Shown here: one piece after another, positions 36,797 through 48,794 of the stretch
Layout: the number at the start of each line of letters is the position of its first letter
Numbering within the stretch: the stretch's first letter is position 1
Assembly (NCBI RefSeq): GCF_036321535.1
Contig: NC_087437.1
Location: 3,286,001 to 3,350,000, forward strand
Origin: Camelus dromedarius
Lineage: Eukaryota
Reading direction: 5' to 3'
Length of the DNA: 64,000 bases
The notes under the pieces: generated by a model
What the model was told of the DNA's origin: nothing
Seen by the model: only the letters and a program-made list of their open reading frames with translations
The model's database searches: none
Position numbers and translations under genes: made by a program

Positions 36797-39076
36797 AACA
36801 GGCGAGTGAGTGGTAAGTTGGGATAGCACCTGTCTTTTAATGGGTTCAGTGCAAAAGTAAAGTAAAGGTAGGATGGAGTAGCCCGACCTCTCAGTACACA
36901 CCTACCCACGCATTCCACAGATGGAGCTGAGGACGCAGGGGAAACCCTCATTCTGCTACCTTTGCATCCTCTTACGTGGGAACAGTGAGCAGCTTCTCTG
37001 TGTGCTTGGTGGGTTCCCTGAGCCCCAGAGGGCCCCGGTGGTCTATTAATCAAAGAACAGTGCTTCTTGCATAGAGCAGACTAAGGAGCCCGATTGTGAA
37101 TTTCTGCTTCCCTTAAGAGGCAGCGTGGCACAGCGGAAAACTTAGCAGCCATGGCACCAGACACCTGCATTCAAATCCATCTTTGTCACTGTCTAGATGT
37201 CTAGTGAAGTCACTTAACCTCTCTAAGACTGTGAGTCATAGCTGTGAATGGCAGTTTCCTGTGAATGGTAAGGAGAATTTTGTCATTTCAGGGTTATTGT
37301 ACGGGATTAAAGACAATAAACACAAATGGCCTGGGCTCATAAAAGATGATTGGTTAGGACAAGCTATGAAGTGTAACTTCTTTTACTTCAAAGATCACCT
37401 CTGGTTCGCTGTGTGGTCTTGGGAAACTTACTTCACCTCTCTGTGCCTCAGTTTCCTCATGTAAAATGAGCAAGATAAATTATTCTGGGGATTAAGTGAG
37501 TGTGTGTGTCTGTGTATAAAGTACTCAGGACAATGTCTGGTACATAGTAAGCCCTGTGTATGTTGTAATTATTACAATTTGCACTGTTTTGTGGTGGTGA
37601 TGAAATTAAGTGGGCAGGAAACCTGGGTTTTAGTCGCAGCCCTGCCCTGGGTGAACTCACAGAAGCCATGTCACTTCTCTTCCATCAATTTCCTTCTCCA
37701 TAAAATGAGGGAGTTGACAAGGCCATCTGTCGAGCTCGGACATGTTAAGAGTATACACCCAAACTCCACTGTGAGCTGTACCAGCTTCCTGGCTTATAGA
37801 TGTTTCCCAAGCTGCCACTCTCCCTCATCTGTCAAGGCTTCCTGTCTGATTTGCACTGAGAACCCTGCCTCTGCCTTGGTGCTTCTGCAGGGCAGTTGAT
37901 CTGTTTACTTTTCACCACGATATGTTCCTCTGCCAGCTTCATCAGAGCAGACAGAAGCCAGCTTCATGGCAGGGGGAATGGGGAAGACTGTTTTTATTTG
38001 TCTGCCTCACTTTCTTCCTTCTTTTGGGATCCCTCCTGAGAAAGATCAGAACAGAATTCTGCAACTCTATTATGAAAAATGCCACCGATTGGAGAGGTGA
38101 GGCCCCATGTTAGCAGCGGTGCCCACCCCGGGAGGCCATGCCGGAGTCTGAGTCCTCCTCCAGCCAGGGGGGGGTCTGTCCCAGGGACAGCAGATGTCCT
38201 GGGTGTGATAGTGGCAGGAGGAAGGAGGGCAGTAACCAACTAAAGCATGACGGGAAATCTGAGAAGTGATAGGTGGTTTTCGTACACATATGTGACAAAC
38301 TAAAAGACCCCGAACAGTCCCTTTTGCTTTTTCTATATTCTGCTGCACGTGTGGGGGAGAAAGATTTAAAAAGAAATACGATGAAGCACAAAAGAGTGTT
38401 CGAAAGGCTGCTTCCATGTCTTTTCTTTTGCTGGTTTCTGCCCCTTTGCCTTCTTATTTGCTCTCTCCAAGGTAGAATAATGAGTGCGTATCGGAGAGTC
38501 AGACTCAGGTGTCCCAAGGCGGTGATCGCTGTTGGACACAGTGCTAAGCCTGGAAGGCAGGGACGCGCCTCCTCCTCCTTCTGTGTCCAGGCCGGGCAAG
38601 CTTTCGTTTCTGGCTCCAGGGAATGACTGTGACAGTCAGGGTCAGTGTGGAGGGGCCAGCACATAGAGTGAAAAACTCTGCGTATGGGAACATGCGGATC
38701 AGCGGGCCGGTGCTCACCTGTGATATTCACTAGCACATACTGAACGATGTTTCCACCCGGATAAGTGTTGATATGGTTCACTGTGACAGAAAATAAAAGA
38801 GAAGGATCAACCTGGGGTGGGGGGATTAGGTTTTGTTTTGGACACACTTCATTTGAGGTCTGCGCAGCATCCTACAGAATCTGAAAAAAGATTTACAAGC
38901 AGGCTTGGCAGGCAGGACTGGCTAGTAGGGTCTCCATCCTGAGGAAGAACCAAGCTGCCCCTTAAGCCCTCAAATTACAGAGACAACCTCCGAGTAAAAG
39001 TCCCCTTTGCTGCCTCCATCTTATCTGAGATCTGGGGTTTCCTGGCTGCAGATCCCTGTTAAGGTGTAGCAGTGAG

Positions 39077-39246
39077 CAGCGAGGGTATAGCTCAGGGGTA
39101 GAGCGCGTTCCTAGCATGCACGAGGTCCTGGGTTCAATCCTCAGTACCTCCATTAAATAAATAAACAAATTTAGTTACCTACCTCTCCCCCAAAAGAAAA
39201 GCTTTAAAAAAGAATTTAAGGTTCAATTTTATTTTTAAAAAAATCA
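39077..39246 (+). mobile_element. Vic-1-like SINE with 16-bp TSD
   Basis: A/B boxes. TSD AAGGTGTAGCAGTGAG (39061-39076) / AAGATGTAGAAGTGAG (39247-39262). Confidence 0.88.
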
Positions 39247-40041
39247 AAGATGTAGAAGTGAGATCTGAAGTGTTGAGACCCTATTCCAAACTCTACCCTA
39301 GAAAAAACTGGGGGACTCCCTCTTCATCTAAGGGCGTGTGATCAAGGGTGGCTGCTGATTTAAACTGTGTCACTGTGCAGAGTGCTACTTTCGAGCCCAG
39401 AAGTTAGCCGGAGTGCTGTTAGATGGAGCCCTCTCACTGGACGTGAACGGTTGCATCTTAAGTGTGATGGATGCCTACTTTTCACCCAAGTGACTCGCCT
39501 GTCTCCGTTTTCCGCCCTTTTCTCATATGCGTATGATGAAAGATCTCACTTTTTTTGCCCTCTTACTCATTCTTATTAGCATTACTTTGGGGAAAAAAGA
39601 AAGAAACAGAAAATGTGATTCACATGGTCAGATCACTGAACGTAAGCGGCCACTGTGGAAGCTACAGGCAGGGACCCTGGCCGCCGGTCCCAGCTGTGAA
39701 CCACAGGGGCTCTCTGCTCCGGGGAAAGAATGCTGGAACCGAAGTCAGGACACCTGCCTTCAAATCCCAGAGTTTTCATTCTCACGATGGTCCCTTTATC
39801 TCTTTTGGTCTCACTGGCCTTACTGGGAAAACGGGCAAAGTATTAGTCACTGCCGCATCCCAGGGCTGCTTGGAGATCCTGGCAGAGAGGCTGAGTACAG
39901 CCAGCCGGAACCAGCGATGCACTGCTTCCCACGAGCCGCAACCCTGGACTGCTGGGCTTCGGTCTGAACCCAGCATCTTTCATCAGCGCTGCCTCGGGAA
40001 GTTCACATTGCCTTGGCTGTGGTGCGTTCTTCATTATATAA

Positions 40042-40233
<192 letters not shown>

Positions 40234-40861
40234 TAGAGGGGAGGCACTGACTCGTGGTGAAATGTGGGAAGAGGGGGCCTGGTGGGACTGGCACGCCCCG
40301 ATTCTAGTGCGAGCCCCACCCCCAGCGCCTGGTATGACCTTGGACAAGACACTGCCCAGGCATGGAGCAGTCTCTCCGTTGGCTAAATGGAGAGGCCACA
40401 TGAGAGTACTTCTAATTTCCTTCAGCTGTGTGGCCTCGGACAAGTGACAGCCTCTCTGTGCTAACTGTAGCTGCCTCGTGGAATTCTGGGACAAGTCACT
40501 GCAGCCATCCACAGTGTGCACCCAGCAGGGCGCCCAGCGCAGAGTGAGCATTCCCAAACACCTGCTGGTACTGTTGCCCTAGTAGTAACAGTCTCTCAGG
40601 CTCCACATTTCCATGAGCTGGTGACGTTAATTTTACACAGTTAGTGCTGGGGACAAGTGATTCGGGTCCTCTAAATTTTCATTTTGGGCACCAAGGTGTC
40701 ATCGAGTTCCACGATTTTGCTCTTTAACGCTCTTGTTACCAAGACAGAGACCCAAACACGACCACATACCACAGGAGCAGTAGGGGTGTCACCACATCAC
40801 CCCAGCACCTGCACCTCCTCCGTTAATCTTTCACGTACGTACACACGTAGTTTGGTACGTA

Positions 40862-41333
40862 TGTTAGTCAGTTGTGGTTGTCTGGACCCTAACCATGCAC
40901 CATCTGCTCTTACCTATTCAGGGCTCACCTGCCCACCTTCAGCTCCAGACCCTGAACCTCTTTGCCCGAGGGCTCTCTCTGGCTGCTGGAGCCTGCCCTG
41001 CCCATGCCTGCGGCAGGCTGGACGTGTGCAGGGAGATGTAGCCCATCTCAGGGAGCAGCCCGCAGAATAACTAACGGGAGTTGGGATAGAAATACCCCAG
41101 CTGTCTTCCCCTCCAGGCAGCAGAACTTTGAGGGGTTGTTCTGTGCAGTTTCCCAGACTTCCCTGGCGGGGATCAGCCCACAGGGGTAACTGACCTGATG
41201 GTGTCCCCCCCTTGGGTTGCCTCCCTGTCTCAGTGCCTCACTTCTTGGTTGTCACCTCCTGGTGTTCCCTTCCCTCCCAGATGAATTGCTGGCACTTAAA
41301 TCCTTACCTTCAGGAAGAATTCAAACCAAGATG
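40862..41333 (+). mobile_element. ERVL LTR16-like solo LTR
   Basis: GGGAGCAGCCC...GGGAGTTGGGATAGAAATACCCCAGCT...GCACTTAAATCCTT...CAAACCAAGA resembles LTR16. Confidence 0.65.
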
Positions 41334-41967
41334 CCCACCATTCTTACCCTGGGGACCACTGTCCCTGGGGAGCAGAAGGGAGTGACAGCAGAGAAAGACC
41401 TTTTCCCTTAGAGATTGGACGCTGTGTCTGGCCTGCTCAGAAGTGCTTCTTAGAGAAGGTGTCCCAACTCATCTTTCAAGCCTCTCCTCTCAGATGTAAG
41501 TCCAGATACAACCAGACTGGATGGAAATAAACTAACATTCTTTACAATTAGAAGCTTAATCTGAATCAGACCATTTGTTGAATCCCTCCCATTGGCCTGA
41601 AAACTCAAGGACAGCTTTCTGCACAGCTCCCACAGAACCTGCTGTGGATGCTCTGTGATATACCTAGCATCGCGAGGGAGTGTCACATGCACAGAGACCT
41701 CCACCCACGAGCAGGCATGCAGGGCGTCAGGGTGACAACTAAAGCCAACACTAAACTGCAAATAAAGTCACTTCCCAAATAACCAGGAATACAGGCAGAG
41801 AAGTTGTTGCTTCATGGAACACATGGGACCAGGCTTTCTTGAGCTTATAAATCAATGACGGTTATCAGTGCCACCCACTAGGGCTCTAAAGAGTTTGTTT
41901 TGATCACCTCTACAAATAGAAACAATCAAATCACATGTGAATAGATCCTCAATATGGCTAATTATTG

Positions 41968-42810
41968 AGGAAATGCTAATCAAAACTACAATGAGGTATC
42001 ACCTCACATCGGTCAGGATGGCCATCATTAAAAAGTCCACAAACAATAAATTCTGGAGAGGGTGTGGAGAAAAGGGAACCCTTCTACACTGCTGGTGAGA
42101 ATGTAGTTTGGTGCAGATGTTATGGAAAACAGTATGGAGATTCCTCAAAAAACTAAAAATAGACTTACTGAATGATCCAGCAATCCCACTCCTGGGCATA
42201 TATCCAGAGGGAACTCTAATTCAAAAAGACACCTGAACCTCAATGTTCATAGCAGCACTATTTACAATAGCCAAGACATGGAAACAACCTAAATGTCCAT
42301 CAACAGATGACTGAATAAAGAAGTTGTGGTCTATTTATACAATGGAATATTAGCCATAAAAAAGAATGAAATAATGACATTTGCAGCAACATGAATGGAC
42401 TTAGAGATTATCACACTAAGTGAAGTCAGTCAGACAGAAAAAGACAAATACCGTATGATATCACTTATATCTAGAATCTTTAAAAATGACACAAATGGAC
42501 TTATTTACAAAATAGAAACAGACTCACAGATATAGAAAACAAACATGGTTACCAAAAGGGCAAGGAGGGGAGGGATAAATTGGGAGTTCAGGATTTGCAG
42601 ATATACACTATTATATATGAAATAGATAAACAACAAGGTCCTACTGTATAGCACAGGGAACTATATTCAATACCTTGTAGAAACATATAATGAAAAACAA
42701 TATGAAAAACAATATTGTATATATGTACAACTGAATCAGTCTGCTGCACACCAGAAACTAACACAGCATTGTAAATCAACTATACACCAATCAATCAATC
42801 AATGAAAAGA
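41968..42810 (+). mobile_element. 5'-truncated L1
   Basis: GAAATGCTAATCAAAACTACAATGAGGTATCACCTCAC... ORF2 end and 3' UTR. Confidence 0.9.
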
Positions 42811-43566
42811 AATAGCCAAATCAATAAACATGAGAAGCACTTTGTCTTTAGAATGCTAGGAAGAGACTGAAAGTGAAATTATAGCATACATCACAACAAA
42901 ACAACACCGAAGTCTGATGCTTTCATACAAACAGAAATGAGTCTTTAAGTCCCATGGAGGAAATGAATCACATACTACTGTGCTTTTCAGTATCACTGAG
43001 ATTCCAGAAAGCTTTTAGTGCAACCACTCAGTCCCTATTTTGGCACATCTGCACTGTGGGAACTGTTCTAGGATCCGTTGATCCTACTGATGTTTACTGA
43101 GGAGCCCGTCCTAAGTGTCAGGCTCTAGATGTGACACGACTGTGCATTAGAGTAAAACATAAATATGAATCAAGTAAACAAAAGATCAAAATTCAAAATG
43201 CCATTACACCTTGGGACAAATGCTATACAAACCTCATCCAATTTTGTTATAAAGTTGTGATGTAGAAGAGATATCCTGAAAAGGTGACATTTAAGTTGAG
43301 GGCCGTTAAAGAAGGAAAAAAGCTTCCGTGTAACAAGCAAGGGAAAAGCATTTCAGGCAGAGGGAACAGCATTGCAAAATGCTGAGCCAGGAAGGAACCT
43401 CTTGTGGTTGAGGATCTGGAAGGAATCAGTGTATCTGGAGCAGAGAGGGCGAGGGCACTGGGCATGAGATGTCGAAGACAGAGGCCAAGGCCAGGAAGAC
43501 AGATTCTCAGAGCTCAGAGAAAGGAGTTTGGATTTTCTTATATGTGTATTGAAAGTGCACGAGAGC

Positions 43567-43770
43567 TGTGCTCTCCAATATAGTAGCCGCCAGCTCCATG
43601 CACCTTTTAAATTTTTAATTGTAATAAGTTGAAGTTAAATTAAGTTAAAATTTCAGTTCCGCAGTCACACACGCACACACATCAGGGACATCGTGGCTGG
43701 TGGCTTACACACCGGTTGGTGCAGATACAGAATCTCCCCATCACTGCAGAAAGTTCCATGGGACAGTGCT
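43567..43770. mobile_element. MER3/MER33-like DNA transposon
   Basis: GTGCTCTCCAATATAGTAGCC...CATCACTGCAGAAAGTTCCATGGGACAGTGCTG. Confidence 0.7.
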
Positions 43771-44938
43771 GCCAAGGGGTCTAGGCTGGAGAATGACATG
43801 GAGGTTTTCATTGTTTTAGAGATGACCCTGGCTACGGGGTCAATAATCAGTCGTCGGCACGAGAGACTGACGCAGGCTGTCAGGAGGTGAGACAAGTGGT
43901 TGGCATCCGGGCTGAGTTCACCCGGGAAGGCAGCTCTCTGCTCCCCGTGGGACCCCCCGAACTCACTGGGGCGTCTGTGCCTCAGCGGCTGGGCCGGCTG
44001 GGACAGTCCTCCACAGGCTCTCTCTTCTCCAGGAGAGCAGCCAAAGCCTCTGTACACAGTGCTGGAAACTTCCCAGCAGCCCAAGGAGGGCAGGCCCCAA
44101 CGGACAGGCACTTCTCAAGTCTCTGCTTGTATCACTGGGCTGATGTCCTGTCGGTCAAAACAACTCACCTGACCAAGCTCCCCGTCAATGGGAGAGGGAC
44201 CCACACAGATGCAGGACGCTGGGAGGGGTGGGTCATTGAGGCCCGTGTTGTATCAGCCACTCACATCTGCCTTGGAGACGGCTTCATTTCCAGACACTTC
44301 TAACTGTCGGGGAATGAAATTTGTCTGCTGGTGAGAACCCCAGGACCAGCTCCCCCAGGATGGTGGGCAGGAGGGTTCAGTGACTCTTGATGCTTGACTT
44401 TGTCAGCGGTCAGGTGCAGTTGGCTTTGTCCTGTGGAGACTAGAGGTTGGAGGGTTGGGATCTGTTCCCCTAGGGGACCCTTATAGCCCCTAGCTGCCTC
44501 CTCAGTCCCTGCACCTTCTGCAGTTCTGAGTCTGTCCCTCATGGGAGCCCCTTTGCAGATCCGTTGTGACAACTATCAGTCCATTCGAATGTTCAGTTTT
44601 CTGCGAAGTTCTATGCTAACCCATCGTTACCCCACCAACTTCCTGTAGCCAGTATTCAACGGTCCTCAGTTTTCCTCCCTCCTAAGTCAGTTCCCAGGCA
44701 CTGAGGCTCAGATTTGGGTTCCTTAGCAGTGTGTCTCCAGAGAACTTCCCTCTGCGGCTTGATTTGGCCCTGTCAGCAGTAAGCATTTATAAGTGTCAGG
44801 TGCCGTTCTGAACATCTGACATGGATTCACCATTCAGTCCTCATGGTACTCCTATGAGATAGCCCCATTTTACAGATGACATGCTTAAAGCATAGAGAAA
44901 GCACGTAATTCGCCAAAGGTCACGCTGCCGGAGAGTAG

Positions 44939-45235
<297 letters not shown>

Positions 45236-45395
45236 TAGCCCCTGTCTTCCAGGAGGGCGGAGCCAGGGCCATCCGGGAGGAAGACTTCGGGCTGTGTGGA
45301 CAGAAGGAGAGAGTGTCAAGGAGACAGGGTTTTTTTTAAAAATAAAAATCAGAAAGCCAGGGGAGAAATCCCTTGTTTAAGATGTAGAAGTGAGA

Positions 45396-45550
45396 GGGGA
45401 GGATATAGCTCAGGGGTAGAGCGCGTGCTTAGCGTGCACAAGGTCCTAGGTTCAATCCCCAGTCCCTCGTTTAAAAAAAAAAGTACAAATAAATTAATAA
45501 ATAACCTAATTACCTGCTCCTCAAAATAAAGTATAAAAAAACATAAAACA
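45396..45550 (+). mobile_element. Vic-1-like SINE
   Basis: GGGGAGGATATAGCTCAGGGGTAGAG...GGTTCAATCCCC and A-rich tail; no 3' TSD visible. Confidence 0.88.
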
Positions 45551-45918
45551 CCTCTCATCACTAAATGCTAGGTGCACGTCTGGGACTCAATAAGTCCTTA
45601 TGGAACAAGTGAGTAGGTGAACGTCACCAAGAATCAAGCAGCAGAACCATCAAGAAGCAGAGTAAGACTAGACATCAGTCAGGCACACGAGAGCTCAGAC
45701 GCTGGTGGCTGGGCAGAAACGGGCTGCACTGGCTTCCAGCCTGGAGGTCAGAAGGATGGACTCTGCAGTCTAGACGGCCATCATTTAGACGGCCATCATT
45801 TGAGTCCCACCTCCACCATCAGTGTCCTCATCTATAATATGGGCACAGTGAGAATGATAGTATCTCCTTCATAAGCTTGTCCTAAGAACTGAGTGAACTA
45901 ATGGGTGTTAAGTGCCCA

Positions 45919-46710
45919 GCATACAGTCAGCGCTCAGTAAATGTCCATCACTGCTGTTCGTGGCAAACTGTCAGCGCTCAGTAAATGTCCATCACTGCTG
46001 TTCATGGCATACAGTCAGCGCTCAGTAAATGTCCATCACTGCTGTTCGTGGCATACAGTCAGCGCTCAGTAAATGTCCATCACTGCTGTTCGTGGCATAC
46101 AGTCAGCGCTCAGTAAATGTCCATCACTGCTGTTCGTGGCATACAGTCAGCGCTCAGTAAATGTCCATCACTGCTGTTCATGGCATACAGTCAGCGCTCA
46201 GTAAATGTCCATCACTGCTGTTCATGGCATACAGTCAGCGCTCAGTAAATGTCCATCACTGCTGTTCGTGGCAAACTGTCAGCGCTCAGTAAATGTCCAT
46301 CACTGCTGTTCATGGCATACAGTCAGCGCTCAGTAAATGTCCATCACTGCTGTTCATGGCATACAGTCAGCGCTCAGTAAATGTCCATCACTGCTGTTCA
46401 TGGCAAACTGTCAGCGCTCAGTAAATGTCCATCACTGCTGTTCGTGGCAAACTGTCAGCGCTCAGTAAATGTCCATCACTGCTGTTCATGGCATACAGTC
46501 AGTGCTCAGTAAATGTCCATCACTGCTGTCCGTGGCAAACTGTCAGCGCTCAGTAAATGTCCATCACTGCTGTTCATGGCAAACTGTCAGCGCTCAGTAA
46601 ATGTCCATCACTGCTGTCCGTGGCAAACTGTCAGCGCTCAGTAAATGTCCATCACTGCTGTTCATGGCAAACTGTCAGCGCTCAGTAAATGTCCATCACT
46701 GCTGTTCATG
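45919..46710. repeat. Minisatellite, exactly 18 x 44 bp, seeded from a MIR 3' end
   Basis: Unit GCA(T/A)AC(A/T)GTCAGCGCTCAGTAAATGTCCATCACTGCTGT(T/C)C(G/A)TG; 792 bp = 18 x 44. Directly continues the MIR-like sequence at about 45800-45950. Confidence 0.97.
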
Positions 46711-47092
46711 GCATGGGAGGAATCTCAGTAACTGGCAGCGGGCAGTGAAGGCCTTCTCAGGTCACAGTCATTTGAAGCTGCCAGTCTAGATCCCTGTGGT
46801 GTTAAGAATATTCCCAGAACTGGGACCAGGACACGGGGAGCAAGACTGGAGCCAAGTGCAAAACTTGACTCATGGTAAACCAGAGGTGACCCTTGAAAAC
46901 ACGGTGTCAGCCTCCCCCAGAGGCAGAGGCTCATTAGAATTGTGCATAAACCCAGAGAGGAGGGGAGCAGGGGCTGGTAGTGGCAGCCTTCCCGGCCACC
47001 TGCTGTCAGCCCTGCTTTCTCTCTCTCCTTTAGTGGAACAAAATCAGCGGACCTGTCCCTCTCCCACAGCTCTTCTCCGCTCCTTCTCCTAG

Positions 47093-47320
<228 letters not shown>

Positions 47321-48643
47321 TGACAGATCGACCAGTCACACGTTTTGAGAATGAGGTCATGCTTCTGTCTTCCCCAGTGAGTGTGGCTTTCAGTGTCACA
47401 TCAGGAAGTTCATGCCACTGAACCGCAGGTGATTTAAGGACCGTCCTAATGCTTCCCATTCTTTCAGTAACCATAGGAGGCTGAGGCCACAGGCAGGTGG
47501 CCAGGTCCCACCCCCTGGTGAGCAGGCCGGGCAGCAGGTGACCCGTGCAAGTAGGTCCCACTGCACCGCTGCAGGTGTCTTGGTTGTGTCCCTGTGGCCG
47601 GAACACAAGCATCAGTGCCATGCCCAGTGGTCAATGCCAGGAGTCAGCCATCCAGGTGGTTTGTCAGGCAGTGAGAAGGTGACTTCCAAGAAATGGAGAA
47701 CCAAGCCCTCAAGGTTGAGGAACAGACTGAGTGTCTGGACTCACTGGGTGGATTCAGGATCATCTCCGACATGGAATCTGTGAACCCATGGGATTTACAC
47801 ACCCCTCACGTGTATTTGGGGGGGTGGGCTGGGTCTTTCTAAAGGGCCTGTGTGGCCAGTGCTGTGAGTCCATCTGCCCTGGAGCCCCTTGCTTTTCAGT
47901 GGCTTCCTGTTCACAGTCCTCCCGGGTTTGGGCAGGTGGGACCTCCAGAAAGAGAACACGCAGATGGCGAGGGAGAGGTCTGCGAAGCCTGCGGGAGAGC
48001 AACGCAGGTGTAAACAAGAGGGGAATCGAGTTCGTGTGCTCTTGTTCCTCACGTTACAGACGTGTATTCGGGAAACTCAGCCCTGTTTGGCTCCCTAGAC
48101 CAGCTCAGTCATGTGAGGAAGGCAAGGAAGATGGGCTTAACTTTTTTAGGTTTGAGCCCAAGAGCGTAGACAAAACCCATGTGTTACTGGGACTCAGGAT
48201 GGTGGTACCCATAGGACTGGAAGGGGGTTCCCGAGGGGATGAGATAAGGGGTCTCCCTAGACAGAGGCTTGCCCTCCACTTTAATCTCCAAGGGGTCTGC
48301 CCACGTCCTGTCTAAACTCAGAGCTTTGTTGATTTGCCCCTGAAGACTTATAGGAGTTAATTCTAAGTTTGGTTCATTTCTTTAAAGTCTAAGTTTCTCC
48401 ACTTGTGCTGGATGCCTTGCACCTGTTTCCCCAGACCCTCTCCACTGTCCACCCTGCTCTCAGTGGAGGCTGGTCTGTGTGAACTATCTCAGTGGGCTTC
48501 TGTGGCTTGAGGGTTGGGGAGATCCATCAGGAGAGCAACGTGGGGAAGAGAGTGAGGAGTTTGGGGATGCTCACCAAGTACATACACCGCAAGTGTATGT
48601 CTGTGCAAGTGACATAAAGCAGGATCCAAAGGGACCTGGGCTC

Positions 48644-48794
48644 GCGGGAGGGTATAGCTCAGGGGTAGAGTGCGTGCTTGGCATGCATGAGATCCTGGAT
48701 TCAATCCCCCAGTCCCGCCATTAAATAAATCAATAAATAAACCTAATTACTTCCTCCCCTCAAAAAAAAAAAAAACCCCAAAAAAACCCAACAA
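48644..48794 (+). mobile_element. Vic-1-like SINE with TSD
   Basis: A/B boxes. CAAAGGGACCTGGG at 48627-48640 and 48795-48808. Confidence 0.88.

Noticed and set aside
38110..38847. Longest ORF in the track (245 aa, minus strand)
   Set aside because: No recognisable domain and no splice context; overlapping ORFs in several frames suggest chance.
45771..45800. 15-bp tandem duplication TAGACGGCCATCATT x2
   Set aside because: Ordinary slippage duplication with no sign of function.
45919..46710. CRISPR-like array
   Set aside because: Units are head-to-tail with no unique spacers, no cas genes are present, and the DNA is mammalian. It is a minisatellite.
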